From positions 129,827 through 193,826 of the forward strand of contig RQSC01000024.1 in the NCBI GenBank assembly GCA_013416795.1: 64,000 bases of DNA, written 5' to 3'. Positions within the stretch are counted from its first letter, which is position 1. Every line of letters begins with the position of its first letter. The notes under the pieces are model-generated. The model had not been told where the DNA came from and searched no databases. It saw only the letters and a list, made by a program, of their open reading frames with translations. This DNA is from Prasinococcaceae sp. CCMP 1430 (lineage: Eukaryota; Plantae; Prasinodermophyta). Below, in pieces: positions 54,429-64,000 of the stretch. The position numbers and the translations under genes were made by a program.

Positions 54429-55032
54429 GCCTCCCACGCTCGCGCTCGCGCTCGCGTGCGCGCGCGGCCGGGCCCCCGCTACCTCCGCCGGGTGACACTG
54501 GCGTCGACGTGAGCGAGCGGGGCGCAGAAGAATGGAAGGGTGGGGAGGGGTGGGGGAGGGATGGGGCTGGTGCGCCCGCACACCGTGTGCCCCCCTCCCC
54601 CCCCCGCTGGCGCGCGCTTCGTCGGTTCCCCGCGCGCATTCCAACCTTTTTCGAGCTCGCGAGTCTTTGTGCGGCGCGGGCGCGCGGCGGATGCACAAAT
54701 CGAATTTCCATCCGCGCCAGGCTGGGCCCCACTCCACCCCACCCCCACTCGCCGCGCGCGCGCCGGCGGCCCGGTGCCTGCGGGGTGGGGAGACCTTCCC
54801 TTGCCAACCGGTTGGTGGCAGCCTCCGCCCCGCGCGCGCGGGGACTCGCGCGGCGCGAGAGGTGTCGCAGACGGGGCGCCGCTTTCACAACTTCTTCTTT
54901 ACGCGAGGCGCGGCGCGGCCGCGGGCGGATGCGTCGGCACCTCGGCCAAAACGCCTCCTCAGCCAGGCATCGCGATGCCAAAGACCAGGAGGCCTACTGG
55001 CGGGCGCGCTAGCGCCCGCTGAGGTGCTCACT

Positions 55033-57327
55033 TTAGAGCGCCTTCTCGACGGTGACGTCGTTGTAGACGACGGAACCATCCGAGGCAACCGAAGCGGTCA
55101 CGGTGTCCATCTCAGCGTCCATCTGCGGCAGCGCCAGGAAGTAGAAGCACAGGCAGCTGAGGACGTCGGTGAAGTAGTTGCCGCGGTCACAGCCCACAGC
55201 CACGCGCATGCTGCGGCGAATCCATCCCATCCAGCAGCACAGAAGCACGTACATCGACGCCGACACCATCATGAAGCCGTCGTCCTGGACCTTCAGGATG
55301 ATGAACATGAGGGTGGCGACCCACATGAGGCCGGCACCCACGAGGGTGATCATGTCGTAGCCTTGCTTGGCCATGACCTTGCCCTGCGCGGACGCCATGG
55401 TGAGGAAGGGCGCGAACGTGGCGACGAGAATGTCCCCCAACGAGCTGAACATGCCCTGGTTCTTGAAGTCAAAGGAGAACAGGAACGAGCGCAGGCTCTT
55501 GCGCTCGGGGTCGAGGTCGCCGGCCTCCTCCTTGACGGCGAGGAGGAGCGACTGCGTGATCCAGAAGAGCACGAAGGTGTACGGCAGGCCGCACACGATT
55601 GAGGCCGTCTGGAGCGCCCGAAGCGCGTCACTGCCACCAGCGACGAGCAGTGCCGTGGCCGCCGCGCCCTCGGAGAACGCCCAGAAGATCTTCTGAACGA
55701 CCGGTGGCTCGCCGATGCCGTTGGCGGCGATGATGTCGATGACCAGCGAACCCGAGTCAGATGAGGTAATGAAGTAGAGCACAAGCGTCACGATGGAAAT
55801 GATCGACAGGAAGTCTCCGAAGCCCTGGCCGCCGTAGGACGTGATCTGATCGAAGAAGACGTCCTCGGTGGACAGGCACCAGAGGCGCACTGAGTTCGAA
55901 TCCGGGTTGTTGAAGTGTCCGAAGATGTCCGCGGGGTCGCCGCAGTTGAGGCCTTCGACCGCCGCCTGGCGGTCCATGAAGATGCCCTCAGCACCGAAGA
56001 TGCCGAGCCAAATGAAAGAGTAGGCTGAGGGGAGGATGAGGGTGCCGAGGATGAACTGGCCGAGCGTGCGACCACGCGAGATCTTAGCCATGAACATGCC
56101 GACGAACGGACCCCAGCTGATCCACCAGCCCCAGTAGAAGATGGTCCATGAGTCCATCCAGCCCGAGCCGCCGCAGTGGTCGCCGGCCTCGGTGTAGGTG
56201 CCAATAATGCTCTCGCCGTCGGCACCGAGGATGTTGTGCACGGTGTCAGTGCAGCCGACCGGCACCTGGCCGGTGAGCTCGAAAGCGTCGGTGTGGAATG
56301 AGATGCGGGGCAGGTACCACAGGTAGTAGCCGAAGGTCTGCACAATCAGGTTCAGAATGTACTCAGTGTTGCCAAGGAAGAAGACAGTGAGCATGAGGAA
56401 CATGCCGAGCGAGAAGCACACCTGCGAGATGCGGCGGATGCCGTACTTCAGGCCCGAGACGACCGAGATTGTCGCGAGCGCGGTGATGATCCAGATGATG
56501 GCCACCTGCGTGTCGGTGTTGCGGACGAGGCCAACGCGGCCATCGGGGTGCGACTGCTCACCCTTGAACGTGCCCTTGTCCAGACGCTCGAGGCCAGCGT
56601 TGATCTGCGCCACGCCGAGGCCCAGCGAGGTGCACACGCCGAAGAGCGTGCACACGATGGAGGAAATGTCAACGAGGTCGCCGATCCAGCCGTAGACGCG
56701 GTCACCAATGAGCGGGTAGAAGCAGAAGCGCAAGGTCATGGGCAGGCCACGGCGGTAAGACATGAGACCCAGCACGGCGCCAACCACCGTGTATGGGATC
56801 CAACCGTGCAGACCCCAGTGGTACCACGTCACCATCAGGGCGTGGGTGCCCTTGGTGTTGTCGTCCTCGTTGAGCCAGCGCGCCCCACCCCAGCCGTTGT
56901 AGTGCCACATGGGCTCGGCGACCGAGTAGTAGAAGATGCCCACCGCCACACCAGCAGAGAACATCATTGCGAACCACGTCATGTCGGAGTACTCGGGCTT
57001 CTCGTCGTCCTTGCCGAGCTTGAGGTTCTTGTACTTGGTGAAGAGGATGTAGATGAGCGCGACGACCCAGATGTCCTGGGACACGATGTAGAACCACGAC
57101 CACGAGTCGGCGACCCACGTCTTCCACGAGCCGAGCTCGGTGCCCGCATCGTCGTCGACCATGCACCAGATGACAAAGCCCCAGATGATGAGCGCGGCGA
57201 TGCCGCTGACGACGGGGTTCATCTTGAGCGGGCCGAGCTTGAACCACGTCATCTTCTGGAACGCGGGGTTGGTCTCCTCATCGAGGTGCTCCGCGACCTT
57301 CTTGGTCGCCATCGGCGGCATCGACAT
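55033..57327 (-). CDS. BCCT (betaine/carnitine/choline) family transporter with a C-terminal extension
   Basis: WFAMMFSAGVAVG, HWGLHGWIPY, TSLGLG, WTIFYWGWWISWGPFVGMF.AKISRGRT and ITSSDSG. Confidence 0.93.
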   Translation of the reverse strand: MSMPPMATKKVAEHLDEETNPAFQKMTWFKLGPLKMNPVVSGIAALIIWGFVIWCMVDDDAGTELGSWKTWVADSWSWFYIVSQDIWVVALIYILFTKYKNLKLGKDDEKPEYSDMTWFAMMFSAGVAVGIFYYSVAEPMWHYNGWGGARWLNEDDNTKGTHALMVTWYHWGLHGWIPYTVVGAVLGLMSYRRGLPMTLRFCFYPLIGDRVYGWIGDLVDISSIVCTLFGVCTSLGLGVAQINAGLERLDKGTFKGEQSHPDGRVGLVRNTDTQVAIIWIITALATISVVSGLKYGIRRISQVCFSLGMFLMLTVFFLGNTEYILNLIVQTFGYYLWYLPRISFHTDAFELTGQVPVGCTDTVHNILGADGESIIGTYTEAGDHCGGSGWMDSWTIFYWGWWISWGPFVGMFMAKISRGRTLGQFILGTLILPSAYSFIWLGIFGAEGIFMDRQAAVEGLNCGDPADIFGHFNNPDSNSVRLWCLSTEDVFFDQITSYGGQGFGDFLSIISIVTLVLYFITSSDSGSLVIDIIAANGIGEPPVVQKIFWAFSEGAAATALLVAGGSDALRALQTASIVCGLPYTFVLFWITQSLLLAVKEEAGDLDPERKSLRSFLFSFDFKNQGMFSSLGDILVATFAPFLTMASAQGKVMAKQGYDMITLVGAGLMWVATLMFIILKVQDDGFMMVSASMYVLLCCWMGWIRRSMRVAVGCDRGNYFTDVLSCLCFYFLALPQMDAEMDTVTASVASDGSVVYNDVTVEKAL

Positions 57328-57452
57328 GGCGGCAGACGGGCAAGGGCTGCTGCGCGCGGCGCCGGGGCGCACCGGGGGACTGGGTCAGCGCTGCGCGCCG
57401 AGGCGGCAACTCCACGTAGCATCGCGGCGCATCATCGCACATGGCATGGCAT

Positions 57453-57494
57453 CGCGGCGCGGCGCGGCGCGGCGCGGCGCGGCGCGGCGCGGCG
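57453..57494. repeat. (CGCGG)n pentamer microsatellite
   Basis: About 8 tandem units upstream of the BCCT gene. Confidence 0.85.
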
Positions 57495-58794
57495 AGGCAT
57501 GAAACGCGCCGCACGGGCCAACGGGCGGCCTGGGCGTAGGCGCCCGCGTGCCAATCATGCCCTGTCGGCACCCCTGCGCCCTCACCTTGCTGCCCCCCGT
57601 CCTCCGTGTGGCGCGTTCCCACCGCCGTGCGCTCCCCCCGGCCCGCCCACCCCCTCTCCCCAGCCCATTCACCCTGCCCGCCGGCGACCCCCCCCCACCC
57701 CCACCCACCCCCACCCCTCCGCGCGCCNGCGCGGCGCGTTCCGTCACGCCACCTCCCGTCATGCGCCACGGCGCGCGCGGGCGAGCGCTCGGCGCGGACG
57801 TCCCGCGTGCGCGGGTTCCGCATGCGCTTCTGATGGGGGGGGAAGGCCCCCCCCCGCAGCGGATATCGCGCGCGGAGCGTGTGCTGAGCGCGCGCGTCCG
57901 CAGACGGGGGAGGGAGAGGCTGGGTTGGTTGGAGGGTAGGGAGGCGCTCATTCATATTCGCACGTGGCCGCTTTCGCGCGCGAATGCACCGTCCGCCCAA
58001 CGTCTGCCTACCACGTAAATCTTCGTCGTACTCTGCGACGTCCTCCACGTCGCCATGAGTGAGTGAGGCTTCACGTGACGCAGCCAGGCCTGCCATCCCC
58101 ACCCGCGCGCCGCTTGGTGGACGCCGCTTGACGCACGTGACACGTGACACGTAGACGTACGAATAACGTGGGCTGCGGATGGATGCCAACCAAGGGGCGC
58201 GCCGCGCGCGCGCGCAAGCGCCCGCCGAAGCCGGGTGCAGAGCCTTTCGCCCCGCCTCGCCCCGCGCCCCGCGCGCCGCTGCTGCCGCGCGCCGATCCGG
58301 CCACCGCCGAGCGAGCGCCATCCGGCCGCGGCCCGGGGCGCTCGGTCGGAGCGCGTTCCCCGCCGGGGCCGCGACCGCGCGAGCGCGATCCGGCCCGGGG
58401 CGAGCGCGCGCTCACGCCCAGCCCGGCCAGCCACAACAACAGGCAAGCCAGCGAGGGCGAGTGGAAGCCAGCCAGCAAGGCGGTGCCCCCCACACACGTG
58501 CAAGAGGCGGGCGGGTCGATCGAAATTCCGCCAGTTTCAGTTTCAAAGTGCGGCGAGGGCTTGGGGCTGCGAACCAAGTACACCCACGTGGCCATGGGCG
58601 CGAGCGTGCGCATGGGGAACACACCAACCCCAACCAAAGCGGGGAGCCGCCGCACCGCCGGAGCGCGCGCGCTCCATGGGTGGACCGGGGGTGGGGGGTG
58701 GGGGTCGGGGTGGGAGTTGGAGGGGGGGGAAGGAGAGGGAGAGAGGGGCATAAGCGGCGAGTCACGCGCGGCGCAGAGGGGAGGGCTGGGAAGG

Positions 58795-60515
58795 ATGCCT
58801 CGCCGCCGCGCGGGGGTGACGCGCGCCGCGTGCGCCGCCGCAGCATGCGCGGCCGCGGCGGTGCGCGGCGCTGATGCCGCCACCGGATTGGAGCCCGCCG
58901 CCGCAAGCATGGTGTGCGACCCCACGCCCGTCGGCCAGCGCGCGGCGAGCATGGCGGGCAGCAGGTGGCGCTTCAGCCCGGCGATCGCCACCGACTCATC
59001 AGCGATGCGCGTGTCGTATGAGGTGCAGGGCCTCGCGTTTGATGCGAGGTACGCCGTGCACGTGCACGAGTTCGGTGCGATTGGGACCGGCGACGCGAGT
59101 GGTGTCGGCGACGTGTACATCGGGCCGTGCGGCGGTGACTGCAGGCTATCCGGAGTCAAGCAGGCTGTAGGGTCTCTTGGAGGTGCCGCTGCGACCGTGT
59201 GGTCGGGCGAAGCCGAGCAGGGTTCCCTCATCAAAGCAGCCTTCGTCGAAGACGTTGCCACCGCCGCGGGTGCGCGCAGCGTCCTTGGCAGGGCGCTGGT
59301 TCTCCACCATCCCGACGGAGAGGCCGCCACACAGTGCGTGCTGGGCAGGGCAGACGCCGACGAGCCTGCATCCACCGCGGTGACGCCCGCCGACGACATG
59401 CCGCCGCACGTGTGGAGCGCGGCGTGTGCTCTGCGCAAGGACCCGCGCGAGCCACCGCCCGAGCTCGCGGGCGCACATATTTCGCCGGACCTCATCGGCA
59501 TTCTTCGCATCGACACGAGCGCACAACCCGTCGGGGGCCTTCGCTTCGAGATGCACATGCGGGGCCAGCCCCACTCGTCGGAGGAGGGAGAAGAATTTAC
59601 GTACTCGCTGCGCGTGCTGGCCAAGGGTGACCTGCGCGCAACCTTCGACGGCGCCAACCCGCTCTTCACTGGCACCTCAGTCGACTGCGACCGCTCGGCT
59701 CTCGGACGCGATTGCGACCGCGCCGTGGGGCTGCTCGACGTCAATGGGGCCCTCAACGTGCCCCTCGACCTCGGCGTGCACGCAGCATTCCACGACGCGC
59801 GCGCTGCGCTATGGGGTCCCAACTCGATCCTGGGGCGCACAATCGTCTTGGAGCGCGAGAGCACTGCCGCGTCGGGATCCAACAGGCACGTAGCGCGCCT
59901 TGCCTGCCTGCGCGTGCGCGCTCGGGCTCGGACTCGCGCACGCGTGCGATCCGTGCTGAGGGGCGCATGACTTGCGCTGACGGAGCACGCGCACGCGAAA
60001 ACACATACAGGCTGCCGGAGCCAGTCGCGGCGTGCGTGGTAGGCGCGGTAAGTTGGTCTACGGAGTCGCCGCCGACGCCGGGTGACGACACGATGGCACA
60101 GCCGAGCCGGGAGGAAGAGGAACAAGAGGCGGACGACACGATGGCACAGCCGAGCCGGGAGGAAGAGGAACAAGAGGCGGACGACACGATGGCACAGCCG
60201 AGCCGGGAGGAAGAGGAACAAGAGGCGGACGACACGATGGCACAGCCGAGCCGGGAGGAAGAGGAACAAGAGGCGGACGAGGGGGCGGATCGCCTCCTCG
60301 GGCTGGACCCGCCCGGTGTGGCCGGCGTCTTTGCTTCAGTGGGCTTCGCGGTCGGCTCGATCGTAGTCGTGTGCGCTGTGCTCGTTCGCGCGCGTCTCCA
60401 GGGCGGGTCGCGCCTCCGCTCGTTCGTGCGCCATGATGGGCCCGACAGTGGCGTATCCGTCGAAATGAGGTCCAACGCAGCGGCGGAGCCAGAGCCCACC
60501 GTAGCGTATGCATGA
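58795..60515 (+). CDS. Type I membrane protein with two degenerate Cu/Zn-SOD-like domains; predicted intron 59886-60010
   Basis: Signal-like N-terminus; YAVHVHEFG..G..SVLGRALVLH and SILGRTIVL..VAACVVG; acidic repeat stalk; TM GVFASVGFAVGSIVVVCAVLV. Confidence 0.65.
59886..60010 (+). other. Predicted GC-AG intron in the SOD-like gene
   Basis: Donor AG/GCACGT (phase 2), CTGAC at 59977 and TACAG acceptor (phase 2). The nearby GT dinucleotides I checked are phase 0 and do not fit. Confidence 0.65.
60084..60275 (+). repeat. Coding VNTR: 4 identical 48-bp units (DDTMAQPSREEEEQEA)
   Basis: gacgacacgatggcacagccgagccgggaggaagaggaacaagaggcg x4. Confidence 0.95.
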
Positions 60516-60624
60516 GCGGAGGTGTCGGGTCGCCAGCGCGAACGATTCTAATGCCGTGTGTTTACGCTGCCGTAGGCATTGGGCCATCTGAGAAGCACGC
60601 GAGCGAACGGGCGAGCGCAAGCGC

Positions 60625-61473
60625 CTAGTTGGGATTATCCTTCTCCCGCTGCACCCTCCGCCGCTCGAGCATCTCCGCACGCTTGCGTGCGAACGTCTCG
60701 AGCGCCGCACCAGTGTCAGCTTGCGCTCGCGCCCGCTCGCGCTCGCGCGCCATCCCGGCCGCATCGCTGCTCGCGGCCCTGTCCCTTGCCCTGCCCGCGC
60801 CCTTACTTCCAGCGTCCAGCCCCATCTGCGCGTAGAGTTCCGCCACCGCCTTGCGATTGGCGTTGCGCCCCATCACCTCGCGTCGCTTGCTGTCAAACCG
60901 ACGGCGTGCGAATTCCCTCTCGACGTGCTCCTCTCGCGCGCCACGGTCGGCAAAAGGGCTGTCTCTGGACACGTCGAGACAGGTGTCGGGCAGGAGGCCC
61001 GCCCTGACGAGCGTCATGACCTCCCTGCGAGCCTGCGCGAGGCGTTGCGCGTCCGGCGACGCCGCGAGCTGCGCGTCGAGAAGCGCCTGCGCGGCGCGTA
61101 GCTGGTCATCACTAGGGAGCTCGAAGCCCTCGCCGCCGGCGTTCTTGAGACCCGCGAGGATCTCCTCCTCGGAGCCTTCGATGTACCAAGGCCGGAATCC
61201 GCCGCCACCGCCGCCAACCACCGCCCCGCCCGGCATCGCCGCCCCACCCCCCGCGCCTGGCGCGCCTGCCTCGCCCGCAACGGCTGCAGCGTCGGCCTCG
61301 CCCTCAGCCGCGAGCCGTTCGCGCAGGCGCTCGACGCCCTCTCGGAACCGCGCGGCACCGGCGCCCTGCGCCCCTAGAAGCGCGTCGAACACGCGATACG
61401 TCTCGTAGTCGGACGGCGTAAGCGGGGCAGCGGACCCGTCCCCGCCACCGCGCGCGTGCTCCGCCTCGTGCAT
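60625..61473 (-). CDS. Hypothetical protein
   Basis: Protein-like ORF (DYETYRVFDALL, FRPWYIEGSEEEIL, EREFARRRFDSKRRE); no family recognised. Confidence 0.45.
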   Translation of the reverse strand: MHEAEHARGGGDGSAAPLTPSDYETYRVFDALLGAQGAGAARFREGVERLRERLAAEGEADAAAVAGEAGAPGAGGGAAMPGGAVVGGGGGGFRPWYIEGSEEEILAGLKNAGGEGFELPSDDQLRAAQALLDAQLAASPDAQRLAQARREVMTLVRAGLLPDTCLDVSRDSPFADRGAREEHVEREFARRRFDSKRREVMGRNANRKAVAELYAQMGLDAGSKGAGRARDRAASSDAAGMARERERARAQADTGAALETFARKRAEMLERRRVQREKDNPN

Positions 61474-63082
61474 GCGCTGGTAGAAGGTCCCGACGCGCGC
61501 GTGCGCGCCCTTGCGCTTCCTCGAGCGCCCGCCCCTCGCGCGCGCTGCGGCCCGGCGAGCCACACAAACCACGCAGGATCGTCAAAATTTGAGCTCATCA
61601 GTGTGCCACACACACCACCCCCCTCCCTCTCATCCCCCAACCCTATCACCCGCCAGCCCCCGCCCTGCCGCACCCGCGCAGCGCAGGGAGGGCGCCACGG
61701 CGCGCGCGCGCGCCGGGCGGTTCGTAAACCCGCTCTCGAGCCAAACCCCAATGCGTTTTTTTTTTGCGGCGCGGCGAGGGCGGGAGGGAATATTCCGGTG
61801 GCCGGAAAATTGGATCGGAGCGCCCCACCCCTTTTTTTCCCCCCGCGCGCCGTTCTCGTTCCCCTTTCGGCTGCGGGTCGGTCGCGGTTGGCGCGTTCGA
61901 AATCGAAATCGAAATCGGCGGCGACCGGCGGGCGCGCTCCGCACTTTTTTTTGTTTTTTTTTTTTGGCGGGCGGCGCCCGCGAGGGCCGCTTCCCTTCCC
62001 TTTGCCCCTTGGCGTGCCGACTGGCCGCAGCCCCCCTTTCAAAAAAAAAAAAAGGCCTCGCAATCGCACCTTCCGAGGGCGAAAAAGAGCCTCGGAGCGC
62101 GCGGCGGACGCGAGCGTGGTACGAAACCGTTTTTTTTTTTTGAAATTTTCCGCTCCGCGCTTTCGCGCGCGCGCGGCCGCGAGGCCCCGCGCCGACGGAA
62201 GCGCGCGGTGAATGAGCGAAGCCGGCCGGCCGCGCGGCGCGCGCGCGCTTTCGGGGCGGACTTCCGCAGAAAACGCGGCGCGTTTTTTTTTTTTTCGCCG
62301 CGGCCGCGGCGCGCGCGGAATTTGCGCCTTTTTTTGTGCGCGTCTCGTGTGGTGCAGGGCGCGCCGCGGCCACCCCCCCGCCGGCGCCACAGCGCGCGCG
62401 CGGGGTGGCGACATGTACACGTCGGGCGGGGTGGACCAGTTCAGAATATAGAGCGGCACCTCCCCCCGCGACCGCGACCGCGACCGCGGGCCCTTCCCCT
62501 CAACCCCCCACCCCCTCCCCCCCGCGCGCGCGCGCGCCCGCAGCGCCGCCCCCCCCTCGCGAGGCGCCCCCAACCCAAACCTCCCCGCGCCCGCCTCCGC
62601 CGCCCCCTGCGCGCGCGCCCGCACCTCCACCCATCTCCCATCCGCACGAATACAGACCCTGAATTCACATCCAACCTCAAACACGCGCCCTGCCTTCCTT
62701 CTCCCAGATCTCGTCGACGTGGCCAACTCTGAGGCGCGGCCGTGCGATTCTGCCGCGCGCGCGCGCGCGCGCGCGTTTTGGGGTTTGTGCGCTCGCAGGG
62801 TGTGCGCGCCTGCGTCCATGACATGCGATCTGACGTCGACCCTCGCGCGGGTGCGGACGTCGAGGTTGAGGTTTCGGCTCCGGCGTCGAGCGCGCGCGGC
62901 GGCGCGCGTTGTCGGCGGGGCGGATTCGGGGATTGCGCCGCCGCACTTTTTCGGGGGGGCTTTCGAACCGAAAGGCGCAGCGGAGCGAAAACGGGGCGCG
63001 CGTCGCGATACCACGACGACCCGCGATTCGCACGTTCGCAGGCCGGCCGGACGCGCGCCCGCGCCCGGCGGGGCGGCGGCNC

Positions 63083-64000
63083 CAGATTCGCGCCGAGGCG
63101 GAGCAGGCGCAATCGCGCATGGAAGCCGAGCTCGAGTCTGCGCGCAACGAGATGCGTAAGCGCACGGCGCAGGCAGTGCGTGCGCAGGCTGAGGCCGACA
63201 GGAGTCAGAAACTCGCCGAGGAGATGCGGACAAGGCTCGGGCGGATGGCAACACGTGCTGCCGAGGCAAACGTCAAGCTAGCAGATGCAAAGGAGGAGCG
63301 TGACAAGATCCGTGCCGACTCCGAAAACGCGCAGTCGAGCATGGCTGCGGAGCTCGAGTCTGCGCGCAACGACGTGCGTTCGCGCACTGCGGAGGCACTT
63401 CAGGCGCAGCGCGAGGCCGACTCCATGCTGGAGCTTGCCGAGGAGATGAAAGGGAGGCTGTCGCGCGTGGGTGCACGTGCGGCTGCGACAAGCAGTGACC
63501 TCACCTCCAAGCTGGCGGACGCCAGGCAGGAGGGCGATCGGATTCGCGCGGATGCAGAGGTGGCGCAGGCGCATTTGACCGCCGAACTGGAGTCGGCGCG
63601 CAACGATGTGCGCGCGCGCACGGCAGAAGCGGTGCAGCTCGCCGCCGCAGCGGCGGCGGCGGTCGTGCTGGGAGCATCGCCCGCGCCGGCGCGCGCGGCG
63701 TACGTCGACACGCTGTCGGAGAAGCAGATACAGCAGATGTGCCTCGACTCGACAGGTGCGCGCGCCGCCCTTTCGCTCGTGGCCCGCGGCGCTGAAGCCG
63801 TTCGCGTGCCCACCGACTCACACCACCCGCGCTCGCGCGCCGGCTCTATCGCAGGCAAGGAGCGCGTCAACTACAAGTCCGCGTTCGCCCGCAAGACATG
63901 CCGCGCCGCGGGCTACACGGTGCGCAGCGCGCCGGCCCGCCCCCTTGCCCCCCCCGCCTCGGCGCGCGCCCAGCGCTACGGCTCGGCACGCGCTGCGCGC
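63083..64000 (+). CDS. Partial coiled-coil protein with three ~75-aa repeats, running out of the window
   Basis: xIRAxxExAQxxxxAELESARNxxRxRTAxA appears three times; GT..AG introns are likely after 63755. Confidence 0.45.

Noticed and set aside
10169-57327. CMO and BCCT as a physical betaine gene cluster
   Set aside because: They are 43 kb apart with many unrelated genes between, and no betaine aldehyde dehydrogenase is in the window.
58071-60269. 732-aa minus-strand ORF
   Set aside because: Antisense shadow of the SOD-like gene and its VNTR.
60084-60275. 48-bp repeats as a CRISPR array
   Set aside because: Head-to-tail with no spacers and in frame within a CDS.
61570-63081. Long ORFs (for example 631 aa at 61374-63269) and odd A/T/G runs
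   Set aside because: Homopolymer-rich sequence that looks like uncorrected reads or gap fill; translations are low-complexity.
1-64000. rRNA and tRNA genes
   Set aside because: No cloverleaf/T-loop or rRNA signature recognised by eye; tRNAscan-SE and Infernal would be needed to exclude them.

Overview
High-GC eukaryotic nuclear DNA, not bacterial. It has spliceosomal introns with CTGAC branch points and TTTAGGG-like telo-boxes, and several genes carry green-type transit peptides. A green alga of prasinophyte grade is my inference. About 28 protein genes are supportable. Housekeeping/metabolic genes: MMAB, AlaX, TRAPPC11, an SLC43-like MFS, a 2-hydroxyacid dehydrogenase, USP, DcpS, ABCG, CDPK, an RH22-like helicase, TFIIIC-102, rhodanese, SDR and quinone oxidoreductase. 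Osmolyte genes: a choline-monooxygenase-like Rieske enzyme and a BCCT transporter. These surround an accessory-looking block at about 19.5-36.4 kb. That block holds a perfect 83-nt hairpin with Tc1/mariner MITE hallmarks, and an NLR-like gene fusing a gamma-glutamylcyclotransferase-like enzyme to an NB-ARC/STAND NTPase and TPRs. It also holds a PKD2-like channel with a somatomedin-B insert and an IQ motif, and an ankyrin array with a fixed scaffold and variable binding positions. Stacked 3' ends of an RLE-type non-LTR retrotransposon and a large secreted L-domain protein complete the block. Elsewhere I found three GC-AG introns that restore conserved protein motifs, a perfect palindrome TACCATCNGATGGTA repeated in three upstream regions, and an Asp-to-Asn change at the predicted iron ligand of the CMO-like enzyme. 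No rRNA, tRNA or CRISPR array was seen. All calls come from motif recognition by eye; no database search was run.
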